Of a stretch of DNA of 64,000 nt, positions 1-9,565 are shown one piece after another. Numbering within the stretch: position 1 is the stretch's first letter; each line of letters starts with the position of its first letter. Under the pieces are notes generated by a model. It saw nothing but the letters and a program-made list of their open reading frames with translations, searched no databases and was not told where the DNA came from. Position numbers and translations under genes: made by a program. The DNA is from a virus. Location of the stretch: the IMG/VR virus record IMGVR_UViG_3300045282_000112, positions 20,384 through 84,383 of that record. One strand, 5' to 3'.

Positions 1-3000
1 CGGAAGCGCCTGCATCTCGCGCATCTTGGTGATGAATTTCTTCGGGTCGCGCGGGTCGACGCCCTGCTTCAAGAGCTTGGCAAAATGATGCGCGGCCTCG
101 TGCTGCTTGCCGTTGCCCGCGACCGCGATCTTGTCCCACTTGTCCAGATCGACGCCGATGGCACCTGAGAGGAACTCGCTTTGCATCGCCATGCACGTCA
201 ACGCCACGCCGCTGTCATAGACGGCGACCTGTGCGTTGAGCGTGCCTCCCCCCTTGTCGGTGCCAACGGGGTTGCCAACCTGCACGCCAAGCCCGAGCGT
301 CATCACGTTGGTCGCAACCCCAGCGTTGAAGGTGCGCAAATACATCTTGCTGGCGTGCGCGCCGCTGGTGAGGTTGGTGGTGTAGATCATGATCTCGCCG
401 AAGGTGACGTTGGCTTTCGCCGCGTTGTTGCCTTGGAAGCTGATGTAGCCAAGGTTGCCAAGGACGGGCGTCGCCATAGTGCGGCGGATGACGTAGGCGG
501 GGCTTGCACCAGTGCCAGCGGCTGTCGAGAGGGCCAAAAACCAGTTGGTCTGTATCGAATTGACAGCGGTGATGACCGACGGGTTGTTGAGCATGCAGTC
601 GAGCCAGCCGATAACCTGACCCTTCGACACCACGACCGGGGGAGCGGTCGCCGTCGTGAAGTTGCCGATCATGCGGTCGGCGAGGACAGGCTCCAGCCGC
701 GCCAGCTTGAGGCTGCCGGTGGCGTGCACCATGTCGGTTGAGGTGGCGAACGCCTTCAGGCCGCCAAGCATGGTTGACAGTTGCGCGGCGGTGATCTGGA
801 TCGGCGACGCGTTGCCTGCAGCGACGTTGCCGAGCACGTGGTTGGGGGCGATGGGCACCAGCCTGTCCAGCGTAACCCCGGCGAGCGGGAGGCGGGCATT
901 GGCGAGTGTGCCGGTCCCATACTGGAGATCGGTCGAGCGCGCGAACTGCTTCAAAGCCATCGCCGCGTGCAGTTGGTCCATGCTGACCGTTTGGGCATAG
1001 TCGGTGGCGGTGCCGACGTTGCCGATGACGCGCGCGGCGGCGATCTTCACCATGCGCGCGAACGGGATCGAGGCATCGGCGTAGCGCGCCACGGGGATGT
1101 AGCCGGTGATCAGGTCGGTGGCACTGCCTGACGAAGCGATGGCTGCCAGCGGCGCGCCGGTCGCGCCGCCGATGCCGAGCATGATCCGCACCTCTGCGGC
1201 GGTCAGTTGATACGGCGACTTGGTGGTGCCGCTGACGTTGCCGAGGATGTGGGCGGTGGTGATGGCCGCCAGCTTGTTCAACATGACGCCTGCATCGGGC
1301 AGGCGTTGGTTGTTGATGGTGCCGGTGACCAGATCGGTGGCACTGCCCGAGGTAGCGATCTTGGCCAGCCCGCTGCCCGCCGTGTCGAGGCCGAGCATGG
1401 TCTTCACTTCGGCGGCGGTCAGTTGGTAAGGCGACTTGCTGGTGCCGCTGACGTTGCCGAGGATGTGGGCAGTGGCGATAGCCTGCAGCTTGTTCAGCAT
1501 GACACCAGCGTCGGGGAGGCGCTGATTGTTCAGCGTGCCGGTGATGATATCGGTGGCACTGCCCGAGGTGGCGATCTTGGCCAGCGTCGCGGTGCCGCCG
1601 CCACCTGACAGGTCGAGCATCGCGCGCACCTGTGCAACGGTGAGGGCGATAGGCGCTATTGCGCCTGCGGTGTTGTTGCCAAGGATGGTGTTGGCAGCCT
1701 GCACCGCGAGCTTGCCGAGCACCAGCGAATGGTCGGCGATGCGCGTCACTGGGATGTAGCCTGTGATCAGATCAGCGGCGCTGCCCGACGTGGCAATGGC
1801 CGCCAGTGTGCCAGTCGAGCCACCAAGGTTGAGCATCGCCCGCACCTCAGTCACCGTTAGCGGGACCGGCACCGCGTTGACCGTCAACGTATTGCCGACG
1901 AGGGTGTCAGGCGGGATCAGCGCCAGCTTGGCGAGCAGGATCGTGTGATCGGCGAAGCGCGCTCCGGGGATGTAGCCCGCAATCAAGTCGGTGGCGCTGC
2001 CTGAGGTGGCGATGAGTGACAGCGTCCCGCTCGACCCGCCGAGGTTCAGCATCGTCCTGACCTGTGCAACGGTCAGCGCGGCAGGTGAAGCGTTCGCGGC
2101 TCCTGCGTTGCCAAGCAGCATGTTGGGCGCGATTACCGACAGCCTGCTCAACGCAATGGTGCCTGCGGCGTAGCGCCCTGCGGGGATGGTGCCTACCACC
2201 AGATCGTCGGCGCTGCCTGACGAAGCGATGGCGGCCAGATTGCTGCCCAGCGTGGCGATGCCGAGCATCGTCTTGACCTCAGCCACCGTCAACGCCTGCG
2301 GCTCAGCCGCCGTCGCCCCATCATTGCCGATGATGGTGTGGGTCGGGATCACCACCAGCCGCGCCAGCGCTATCGTGCCGTTGGCGTAGCGCGCGGCCGG
2401 AATGGAGCCTGCGATCAGGTCGGCGGCGCTGCCGGAAGTGGCGATGGCGGCCATCACGGTGCCCGCCGTGACGCCGAGCATTGCCTTCACCTCAGACACG
2501 GTGAGCGCCTTCGGCGAGGCAGCGGCTGCACCGTTGTTGCCGAGGATGGTGGCTGCCGAGATCACCGTCAGCTTGTTCAGCGCGATCTCGCCGACAGCGA
2601 TGCGCGCCGCAGGGATGGTGCCAGTGATCAGGTCAGCGGCGCTGCCCGAAGAGGCGATAGCAGCCAGATTGCTGCCGAGGCTGGCGATGCCGAGCATCAA
2701 CTTGACATCAGCCACGGTCAGCGCGACCGGCGCGGCAGGCGAGGAGGCAGTGTTGCCGAGCAGCGTATCGACCGGCATGATCGCCAGCTTGGCCCACGTG
2801 ATGGTGCCCGTGCCGTAGCGCGCCGCCGGGATGATGCCCGCGATGAGATCGGCGGCACTGCCCGACGCAGCGATGTCGGCCAGCCCCGGACCTCCGGTGA
2901 TGCCGAGCATCGCCTTGATCTCACCCACGGTCAGCGCGACGGGTGGGCCGAGGTTGACGAGCGTGTTGCCGAGGATGGTATCAGGCGGGATCAGCGCCAG

Positions 3001-4848
3001 CTTGCTGTAGGCAATCGAGGCCGAGCCGTAGCGTGACGTGGGGATGATGCCGGTCACCAGATCGGCGGCGCTGCCAGACGTGGCGATAGCCGCGAGAGGA
3101 CCGGTCGAGCCGCCGAGGTTGAGCATCGCGCGCACCTGCGCGACGGTCAGCGGGTAGGCCGTCAGGTTGCCGCCGCTGACGTTGCCGATGATGGTGTCGG
3201 TGGGGATCACCACCATCTTGCTCAATGGGATGGTGCCGGTGCCGTAGCGGGCTTGTGGGATGGTGCCGGTCACCAGATCGGCGGCGCTGCCCGTGACAGC
3301 AATGGTCGCCAAGCCTGCACCCGGCGTGGCGATGCCGAGCATCGTCTTCACCTGTGAGGGGGTGAGCGGATAGGGCGACAAATTGTTGCCGCTGACGTTG
3401 CCGAGGATGTGGTCGGTGGAGATCACCACCAGCTTGTTCAGCGGTATCGTGGCTGCGCCGTAGCGGTTGACGGGGATGAGGCCGACGATCAGGTCAGCGG
3501 CGCTGCCCGACGAAGCAATGGCTGCCAACTGCCCACCCAGCGTGTCGAGGCCGAGCATCGCCTTGACCTGTGCAACGGTCAACGCTACCGGCGCGAGAGG
3601 GGTGGTGCCGGTGTTGCCGAGGATGGTGTCGATTGGAATGATGTGCAGCGCGGCCAGCGGCACCGTGCCTGCCTGATAGCGTGCCGCTGGGATGTAGCCG
3701 CTTGTCAAGTGCGCGGCACTGCCCGAGGTGGCGATAGGAGCCAGCGTGCCGGTGCCGTCGCCGGTCCCGCCACCCGACAGGTCGAGCATGTCCCTGACTT
3801 GTGCGGCAGTGAGCGCGACCGGTGAAGCGTTGGCACCGCTGACATTGCCGAGGATGCGGTCGTGGGCGATCACCGCGAGCTTGGCATAGGGCAGCGAGTG
3901 GTCGGCGATGATGTTGACCGGCAGCGTGCCGGTCAGGTTGGCAGCGTTGGTGCTGGTTGCGAGCGGACCCACCGCCACGCCGTTGAGCATGATCTGCGCA
4001 CCAGCATTGGCACCGCTGCGCAGCACGAGATCGCCCGCCGCCGTCGCGTGCGTCGAGCCGTAAGCGACGATGTAGGCACCCCGCGAACTGTCAAAGCCGC
4101 CGGGTGCCGCCGACAGGCCAATGTAGCCGGTCGTGGCCGCGCCGCTCTTGATCGTCATCAGGACGACGGGAATGCCGGTGGTGTTGGAGGTTACCTGCCC
4201 GCCGTTGAAGACCAGTGGTTGGGCACCCAGCAGGGAGAGCGTGGTGAAGTCGAGGTAGGGGCCGACCAGCCCCAGCGTCGCGCGCATCGCGGGGAAGGTA
4301 GCGTCGTCGAGCAATTGCCGCGCGCTCGGCGTGAACGGCGTCAGCGCCATCGTGCCGGGGCCGGTGAAGTAGCCGAGCGTGTTGGCAGCCGAGACGAGGT
4401 TGCCGAAGGCGATGACATTCGGCTTGCCTGCGGCGGTGATGCCGAGCGCCGTCTGCCATGTCGCGAGGTTGGCGTGCGCCATCAGGCCGCGCGAGAAGGC
4501 GGTGGCCACGAACGTCGTCAGCGAGGCGGTCGAGGTGCTCGACCAGAACGGCACCTTGTCGGCACCCGGGATGATGGCTTGCAGCGCCGCGAGGTTGCCG
4601 GTGAGAGCTGTCGTGCCCTTGACGATGGCTTGCCGCAACAGCGTGTCGTCGCCCTCCACGTCGGGGATGGCGAAGTGATCGATGACGTGCCTGATCTGTG
4701 CAATGATGCCGTTGAAGTCGTGGTCCCGGACCTCAGTGTTCAAAGGGTCGGAATACCAGCGGCGCTGCGCAGCACCGCCTACCGGCGCGACAGGACGCGT
4801 TGCCGTAGAATGGTCTTTGTCGGCAGGATTGAGAACGCCGATTGGCAT
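1..4848 (-). CDS. Long tail fibre protein (>1616 aa, runs off the left edge) with about 14 tandem ~72-aa repeats
   Basis: Not in the ORF track. ATG at 4848 after AAGGGA gives MPIGVLNPADKDH...; LAALQAIIPGADKVPFW-type fibre motif; SGSA(T/A)DL repeats every ~216 nt; near the edge GDKGGGTLNAQVAVYD...LTC in the same frame. Lies directly after the baseplate genes. Confidence 0.88.
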   Translation of the reverse strand, partial: MPIGVLNPADKDHSTATRPVAPVGGAAQRRWYSDPLNTEVRDHDFNGIIAQIRHVIDHFAIPDVEGDDTLLRQAIVKGTTALTGNLAALQAIIPGADKVPFWSSTSTASLTTFVATAFSRGLMAHANLATWQTALGITAAGKPNVIAFGNLVSAANTLGYFTGPGTMALTPFTPSARQLLDDATFPAMRATLGLVGPYLDFTTLSLLGAQPLVFNGGQVTSNTTGIPVVLMTIKSGAATTGYIGLSAAPGGFDSSRGAYIVAYGSTHATAAGDLVLRSGANAGAQIMLNGVAVGPLATSTNAANLTGTLPVNIIADHSLPYAKLAVIAHDRILGNVSGANASPVALTAAQVRDMLDLSGGGTGDGTGTLAPIATSGSAAHLTSGYIPAARYQAGTVPLAALHIIPIDTILGNTGTTPLAPVALTVAQVKAMLGLDTLGGQLAAIASSGSAADLIVGLIPVNRYGAATIPLNKLVVISTDHILGNVSGNNLSPYPLTPSQVKTMLGIATPGAGLATIAVTGSAADLVTGTIPQARYGTGTIPLSKMVVIPTDTIIGNVSGGNLTAYPLTVAQVRAMLNLGGSTGPLAAIATSGSAADLVTGIIPTSRYGSASIAYSKLALIPPDTILGNTLVNLGPPVALTVGEIKAMLGITGGPGLADIAASGSAADLIAGIIPAARYGTGTITWAKLAIMPVDTLLGNTASSPAAPVALTVADVKLMLGIASLGSNLAAIASSGSAADLITGTIPAARIAVGEIALNKLTVISAATILGNNGAAAASPKALTVSEVKAMLGVTAGTVMAAIATSGSAADLIAGSIPAARYANGTIALARLVVIPTHTIIGNDGATAAEPQALTVAEVKTMLGIATLGSNLAAIASSGSADDLVVGTIPAGRYAAGTIALSRLSVIAPNMLLGNAGAANASPAALTVAQVRTMLNLGGSSGTLSLIATSGSATDLIAGYIPGARFADHTILLAKLALIPPDTLVGNTLTVNAVPVPLTVTEVRAMLNLGGSTGTLAAIATSGSAADLITGYIPVTRIADHSLVLGKLAVQAANTILGNNTAGAIAPIALTVAQVRAMLDLSGGGGTATLAKIATSGSATDIITGTLNNQRLPDAGVMLNKLQAIATAHILGNVSGTSKSPYQLTAAEVKTMLGLDTAGSGLAKIATSGSATDLVTGTINNQRLPDAGVMLNKLAAITTAHILGNVSGTTKSPYQLTAAEVRIMLGIGGATGAPLAAIASSGSATDLITGYIPVARYADASIPFARMVKIAAARVIGNVGTATDYAQTVSMDQLHAAMALKQFARSTDLQYGTGTLANARLPLAGVTLDRLVPIAPNHVLGNVAAGNASPIQITAAQLSTMLGGLKAFATSTDMVHATGSLKLARLEPVLADRMIGNFTTATAPPVVVSKGQVIGWLDCMLNNPSVITAVNSIQTNWFLALSTAAGTGASPAYVIRRTMATPVLGNLGYISFQGNNAAKANVTFGEIMIYTTNLTSGAHASKMYLRTFNAGVATNVMTLGLGVQVGNPVGTDKGGGTLNAQVAVYDSGVALTCMAMQSEFLSGAIGVDLDKWDKIAVAGNGKQHEAAHHFAKLLKQGVDPRDPKKFITKMREMQALP
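900..3960 (-). repeat. Tandem coding repeat, ~216 nt / 72 aa unit, about 14 copies
   Basis: ggc(a/g)ctgcc (reverse of G-S-A) recurs near 1120, 1339, 1555, 1777, 1993, 2209, 2425, 2638, 2854, 3067, 3283, 3499, 3715, with a degenerate copy near 3943. Confidence 0.9.
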
Positions 4849-4861
4849 CGCTGGTCCCTTT

Positions 4862-5548
4862 CTAGGTCGTTACCGCCATGTCCACCTTGCAGTGCGCGGG
4901 GACGTAGCGTTCGAGCATGCAGTCGATCTCTTCCAGCGTGGCGAGGCCCAGCTTGACGTTGTGCCCGAGCTTGAAGTTGAGCACCGCCCCCTGCTTGAAT
5001 GCAGGTGACATACCGGTGTTGATCACCACGTGGAAGGTGGAATAGACGTTAGGATATTGAGTATCGTGGCCAGTCAGCCAGCGACCCGTCGCCGTGTAAC
5101 CATTGGCAGCCAACAGGTCTAACAGATATTTGGCCGTCGGTATTGCACCCACACTGTGCTGCACCTTGGCGCACAGCGACATATTGTATATGTCGCACTC
5201 GTCAGGGATGCCGAAGTCGGCGGCCCACGCATCGAGGTCCTCGTCCGACGTGGAGCAAATCCACTCGTCGAGGCTGATGCACATCGCGTCTTCGTAGTTC
5301 AGCCATGACAGCGCGAGCCCCGACATGAACTGCCGGATGATGCTGCCCCGCTCGTAGCTCGTCTCGGTGTTGTCCCACGCCGTGCCGCGTGGCAGCAGGT
5401 TCATGAACGCGAGGAAGCATGCGTCATGGTCGGGGCAGTAGGTGTAGTCGGACGGGACCGGCTCGCCTTCCAGCTCCGCTGGCGCAGGCTCCCAGTCGGC
5501 CACGTAGGTGTCTGGACCAGCAGGCACTAGGACAAGGTCGTTGCTCAT
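4862..5548 (-). CDS. Baseplate wedge protein (Mu gp48/YmfQ, DUF2313-like)
   Basis: FMNLLPRGTAWD motif; ATGA overlap with the baseplate J stop places the start at 5548 (MSNDLVL). Confidence 0.75.
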   Translation of the reverse strand: MSNDLVLVPAGPDTYVADWEPAPAELEGEPVPSDYTYCPDHDACFLAFMNLLPRGTAWDNTETSYERGSIIRQFMSGLALSWLNYEDAMCISLDEWICSTSDEDLDAWAADFGIPDECDIYNMSLCAKVQHSVGAIPTAKYLLDLLAANGYTATGRWLTGHDTQYPNVYSTFHVVINTGMSPAFKQGAVLNFKLGHNVKLGLATLEEIDCMLERYVPAHCKVDMAVTT

Positions 5549-6636
5549 GCGATGAACCGCACGGTGCCGAGCGTCGGCAAGCCGCCCGGTGAAGTGATCG
5601 GGATCACGATGTTGGCGCTGCTCGGGTAGTCGGTGAAGTAGTTGTGGCTGCGCACCCACTTCGGTGCCATCGCCACTGCCTCGTTGATCCACGCGAGGCT
5701 GAAGTGCGAAGGCTCGATGGTGCTCGCGGGCTCGGCGCGGCGCATGAACATCGCCTTCAGTTCTTTCACCACGTCGTCACGCACTGCGCTGGTGTCGGGC
5801 ACCAGTGCCTGCACTGTGACGTTGACCACTGACGGCACGGGCTTCGCGACGATGACGTTGGCGTCGCTGGGTGCCAACGTCTGCAGGATGACCTTCAGCT
5901 GTTCAACGTCGTTGTCGGCGGGGATGCCGTTGCCGACGCTGTCCATCATGAAGTAGATCGTCACGCTGCCCGGCTGTGGAGTAGCGCGCTTGACGAACAC
6001 GCGCGTGATGCCCGCCTTGGTCTGGCACCACTCAACATATTCGGCAGGCGTTCCGCCGTGCGGCGGGTTCTGTTTGCGATACAGAATGCGCTGCCGAAAG
6101 CTGTCATCACTCTCGGCAGCGCGCCCCCCGATGAGGCCGCCGGTCGCGACAGTGAAGCCTGTCACCCCAGCAATTGGCGTCAACGGCGTGAGCGTAGCGC
6201 CTGCATCGGTGTTGGCAAGCTCACCCGCCGAGTAGGCGCGCATGAACAGCGTGAGCGTCGAGGTGGTGGCAGTGACGGTGCCGACGGTGATGAACGTCTC
6301 GCCGTCGGAGCGCATGAACGCGGTGCCGTCGTAGACCACGACGCCGAGCACCGATGGCGAGGAGACCGAGCCCTGCGCAAAGCCGGGTGGATTGCGTGAC
6401 AGGCCGCCCGCTTGGATGCCGTGCCAGTCGAGGTAGTCGCCGGTCGCGGTGGTGACAAACGCCTGTTGATGAATGAACTCCAAGCGCAGGTAGCCCATGC
6501 GCAGCGCCTGCCCGAAAGCTTTCAACACGGGCACGAGGTTGTTTGGCCAAATCCAAGGATCGGTGCCAGCAACTTCGGACTGCACAGAATTGCGCAGGTC
6601 CTGAATGATCTCTTCTGTGCTTGGAGCGGTATACAT
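5545..6636 (-). CDS. Baseplate J/gp47-like protein
   Basis: TATGDYLDWHG, GGRAAESDDSFRQRIL...PPHGGTPAEYVEW motifs. Confidence 0.92.
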   Translation of the reverse strand: MYTAPSTEEIIQDLRNSVQSEVAGTDPWIWPNNLVPVLKAFGQALRMGYLRLEFIHQQAFVTTATGDYLDWHGIQAGGLSRNPPGFAQGSVSSPSVLGVVVYDGTAFMRSDGETFITVGTVTATTSTLTLFMRAYSAGELANTDAGATLTPLTPIAGVTGFTVATGGLIGGRAAESDDSFRQRILYRKQNPPHGGTPAEYVEWCQTKAGITRVFVKRATPQPGSVTIYFMMDSVGNGIPADNDVEQLKVILQTLAPSDANVIVAKPVPSVVNVTVQALVPDTSAVRDDVVKELKAMFMRRAEPASTIEPSHFSLAWINEAVAMAPKWVRSHNYFTDYPSSANIVIPITSPGGLPTLGTVRFIA

Positions 6637-6644
6637 GCTGGTGC

Positions 6645-7229
6645 CTATTGCATAGCGTAGAGATCATGTCGGAAGGCGCGTTCGTATTTCTTGGCATAGA
6701 CCTTGATATAGATGGAGATCATGCCACGGGTCCTGTCGATCTCAGCCTTCACCTCGACATTGTTGATGACACCAGCGCGGATCATCACTTGCAGGGCTTC
6801 GGCGCAAAAGTGCTCGGCCATCTTGCAGGTGTAGTCGGTGAGCGGTGCGCGGCGCAGCGTCCACAGCAGCGAGCCGAGCGGCTCTTCGCCCGGTGCAATG
6901 CCCTCCGTATTGCCGTGCCACTCGTGTTGATCGGCGACGGTGAAGCCCATGCGTCCGATCATCCAGTCAGGCAGCCGTGCATCAGAGGCGATGCACAGCA
7001 GCACGGCGGTGCCGACCGGGTCGACGTTGGCGAGGCCGCCCGAGTTGAGCACCCGCTGCACCGTCGTAACCTCCCCAGTGCGCGGATCGACCACCTCATA
7101 AGGCGAAGCTATCGGCTCCCCCGGTATTCCTTCCGGCTCCGGTGGCGGCTGGAGTTGCCAGTTGCCGACCGTGCCGAGCGCCGGATCGGTTGACCAGATG
7201 GTGTCCCAGAGAGCACTGCTGCTGCTCAT
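6645..7229 (-). CDS. Mu gp46-like baseplate protein
   Basis: AVLLCIASDAR...WHGN...LGSLLWTLRRAPLT...AEALQ. Confidence 0.85.
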   Translation of the reverse strand: MSSSSALWDTIWSTDPALGTVGNWQLQPPPEPEGIPGEPIASPYEVVDPRTGEVTTVQRVLNSGGLANVDPVGTAVLLCIASDARLPDWMIGRMGFTVADQHEWHGNTEGIAPGEEPLGSLLWTLRRAPLTDYTCKMAEHFCAEALQVMIRAGVINNVEVKAEIDRTRGMISIYIKVYAKKYERAFRHDLYAMQ

Positions 7230-7675
7230 GACACAGCTCCCACGAATGTCCGATACGTTGCCCCCACGGTGCCCGAGACGATGATCGGTGGCGTCCCGGT
7301 GCCGGGTTGCGCGCCGGGGATGGCGATCTCGAAAGCGGTCAGCGTGAAGGCGTTGCCCGCCGCCACGTCGAGCGGGTTACCGAGCGAGCCTGCAGCCAAC
7401 AGCCGCACCGCCCCTTCGCGGTCATCGACGAGCGACCAGAAGGCGGCGTGCCCGTCGTGGAAGACCATGCCGTAGATGATCTCCAGCACGATCACCTTGC
7501 GGCCGACCGGCAGGTAGTTCGACGGGCCGACGACGCTGGGCACGACCCAGCCGAGCGCACCGTGCATCGCGCTGCCGTAGTCAGTCGGCTCAGCAGGCCC
7601 GATGAGCAGGCGCGTTGTCTCGCGCACCAGCACCTCCAGTCCACGGTCGAGCACGCGTGCATCAAGGTAGCTCAT
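7226..7675 (-). CDS. Conserved phage virion/baseplate-associated protein
   Basis: VLDRGL...EPTDY...GRKV...RLLAAGSL...GNAFTL pattern seen in phage structural proteins; position in the baseplate operon. Confidence 0.55.
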   Translation of the reverse strand: MSYLDARVLDRGLEVLVRETTRLLIGPAEPTDYGSAMHGALGWVVPSVVGPSNYLPVGRKVIVLEIIYGMVFHDGHAAFWSLVDDREGAVRLLAAGSLGNPLDVAAGNAFTLTAFEIAIPGAQPGTGTPPIIVSGTVGATYRTFVGAVS

Positions 7676-7679
7676 GCGA

Positions 7680-7940
7680 TCAGTCCTCGACGTAGGTGCG
7701 GACGGCTGTTGCGGTGAGCGTTGCGCCGCACGTCGCCATGCTGCCGTTGAAGGCGACCAGCTTGTCTTCGACGTAGGTGCGGATGCAGCCGGTCGCGATT
7801 GGATTGGGACCGTGGATCGGGCAGCAATAGATGTCGCCGATGCGGGCGATCAGGATGTCCTCTGCGTAGGTGCGCGTGGCAGACGTGCAGACCACGTCGC
7901 CGTGCGAGCCGGGATCACCGAGACGCAGGATCAGCGGCAC
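7680..7940 (-). CDS. PAAR-domain spike tip protein
   Basis: RLGDPGSHG, IARIGD, CPIHG, CGATL; adjacent to the spike gene. Confidence 0.88.
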   Translation of the reverse strand: MPLILRLGDPGSHGDVVCTSATRTYAEDILIARIGDIYCCPIHGPNPIATGCIRTYVEDKLVAFNGSMATCGATLTATAVRTYVED

Positions 7941-8351
7941 TCACGCGCCCGACCGGTTGATGTGAACTTTTCCATCGCGGAAGCACTCGATGGTGGCCTT
8001 GCCGACCTTGCGCTTCCATACGTCTTTGGTGCCGTGGTCGAAGCCGCCCCACATCTCGTAGAGTTTGAACTCGCCCTCTTTTAGGTCTTTCGGCCTATAC
8101 TTCGGGTGCTCCATGCCAATCACCATTGCGGCGTCGTTGTTGCCGCCAAGGTTCATGTTGACGCCCTGTGAGCCCACGGGTGCGTGGTTGGTGAAGCCGT
8201 AGCTCTGCACACGTGGGATCGCGAACTTGCCGCTGGTGCCGCCGTAGCGTTCACCCTGACGACCGTCAGCCTCCACCCGCTGCTGCTCCTTGTCGTCGTG
8301 TGTTTTGACCAACTGATTGCGGTGGATCATGTTGTCCATCTGCGTGGCCAT
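7941..8351 (-). CDS. Baseplate spike (Mu gp45-like)
   Basis: QSYGFTNHAP.G, HPKYRPKDLKEGE. Confidence 0.85.
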   Translation of the reverse strand: MATQMDNMIHRNQLVKTHDDKEQQRVEADGRQGERYGGTSGKFAIPRVQSYGFTNHAPVGSQGVNMNLGGNNDAAMVIGMEHPKYRPKDLKEGEFKLYEMWGGFDHGTKDVWKRKVGKATIECFRDGKVHINRSGA

Positions 8352-8362
8352 AGCTCACCTCC

Positions 8363-9562
8363 TTATCCGGGGAAGCCCCCACCTCTGAGGAAGTCCGTAT
8401 CGACGATGGTGCCGAGCGTGTTGATATCGAAACGCCGGTTCCACATGCTGCCGCTATTGCATGGCGTTGCACCCGCAGGATCGATGCTGGTCGGTGCCTC
8501 CAGCGAGGTCGGATCGACCAGCGTCAACTCGGTGACCGAGCCTTCAGCCAGCGACTGCTTGAACACGATGCGCGAGGTGCGCAGCGTGCAGTTGACCTTC
8601 AGCCATGGTGCGAACACGTAGACATCGGCGAGCAACACCCAGATCGGCCCGCCCGACGATGCCTCACGGCCATACGGGACGTTCTTCGGCACGAAGCTCT
8701 CACCTGCGGGCGAGTGCCAACCGGGCACCGTCACGGTGCACTGCAAGCTGGCCCCGCTTGACCGCTGCGCCTCCCATGCGGCGCGTGTCTGTGCACGTTG
8801 CACATCGACCACCGCTGGCTCCAGAATGATCTTGGTGCGGTTGCGGGCGAGGAAGGACTGTGCCATCGCACCCGGCTGGAGGTTCTGCTTCAAGTCGGTG
8901 CCGTAAGGGGTCTGCCCGAGAACCTTCGTGACGGCATCCTCGTCGGTCAGGCGTGCCGACATCTTGAGGATGTTCTCGCCCTGCACGATTGGGCCCTGCA
9001 CGCCCAAAGCTTTGCCTGCGCTGACCGAGATGCCGCCGTCCATCATGCCGTGCAGGAGGTGGCCGTAGTTCTTGAGCATTCGCATGCTCTCTGCGTAGAT
9101 CGTCGCCCCCTGCCGTATCTGCCAAACCGGCACAATCGAGTTGTCGCTATCGTTCGTCACGGTGAGGCCAAGCGGCTGCGCCCACGCCTGCACCAACTCC
9201 CAAATCCCCTTGTTCTCGTAGTAGCCACCAGTGTCGGAGACGATTGAACTCAGGTTGATGCTCGACCCCTCGTTCTTGGCGGTGATCGTGATCGAGTGCT
9301 GTTCAGCGTCGGCGCTAGGTGCGTATTGCCAGACGGCGGCGCGTGCCACGAAGTCACCGTTGGCGAACACCTCGATGATCGTCCCGGGAGGAAAATTCCA
9401 CTTGTCGAAAGCCGCCACTGTGCTCGCCCCGACCGGCGTGATCTCAGTGGTGGAAAGCATGATGTTGACGATGTCGGTCGCGGTATCCTGCTCGATGACG
9501 ACTGTCTCCCAATCGGAATAGACGCCGCTGTCAGCCACCACTGTTATCTGCTCGAAAGGCAT
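8363..9562 (-). CDS. Baseplate hub (Mu gp44/P-like)
   Basis: YSDWETVVI, QGENIL, AQTRAAWE, VTVPGW; gene order. Confidence 0.8.
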   Translation of the reverse strand: MPFEQITVVADSGVYSDWETVVIEQDTATDIVNIMLSTTEITPVGASTVAAFDKWNFPPGTIIEVFANGDFVARAAVWQYAPSADAEQHSITITAKNEGSSINLSSIVSDTGGYYENKGIWELVQAWAQPLGLTVTNDSDNSIVPVWQIRQGATIYAESMRMLKNYGHLLHGMMDGGISVSAGKALGVQGPIVQGENILKMSARLTDEDAVTKVLGQTPYGTDLKQNLQPGAMAQSFLARNRTKIILEPAVVDVQRAQTRAAWEAQRSSGASLQCTVTVPGWHSPAGESFVPKNVPYGREASSGGPIWVLLADVYVFAPWLKVNCTLRTSRIVFKQSLAEGSVTELTLVDPTSLEAPTSIDPAGATPCNSGSMWNRRFDINTLGTIVDTDFLRGGGFPG

Positions 9563-9565
9563 CGC

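Noticed and set aside
900-3960. Regularly spaced repeats as a CRISPR array or DGR template/variable repeats
   Set aside because: The period is ~216 nt, in frame and degenerate at third positions; no cas or reverse transcriptase gene is in the window.
181-4956. Many + strand ORFs over the first 5 kb (and throughout the window)
   Set aside because: Antisense shadows of GC-rich minus-strand genes; the true gene here is the minus-strand fibre running off the edge.
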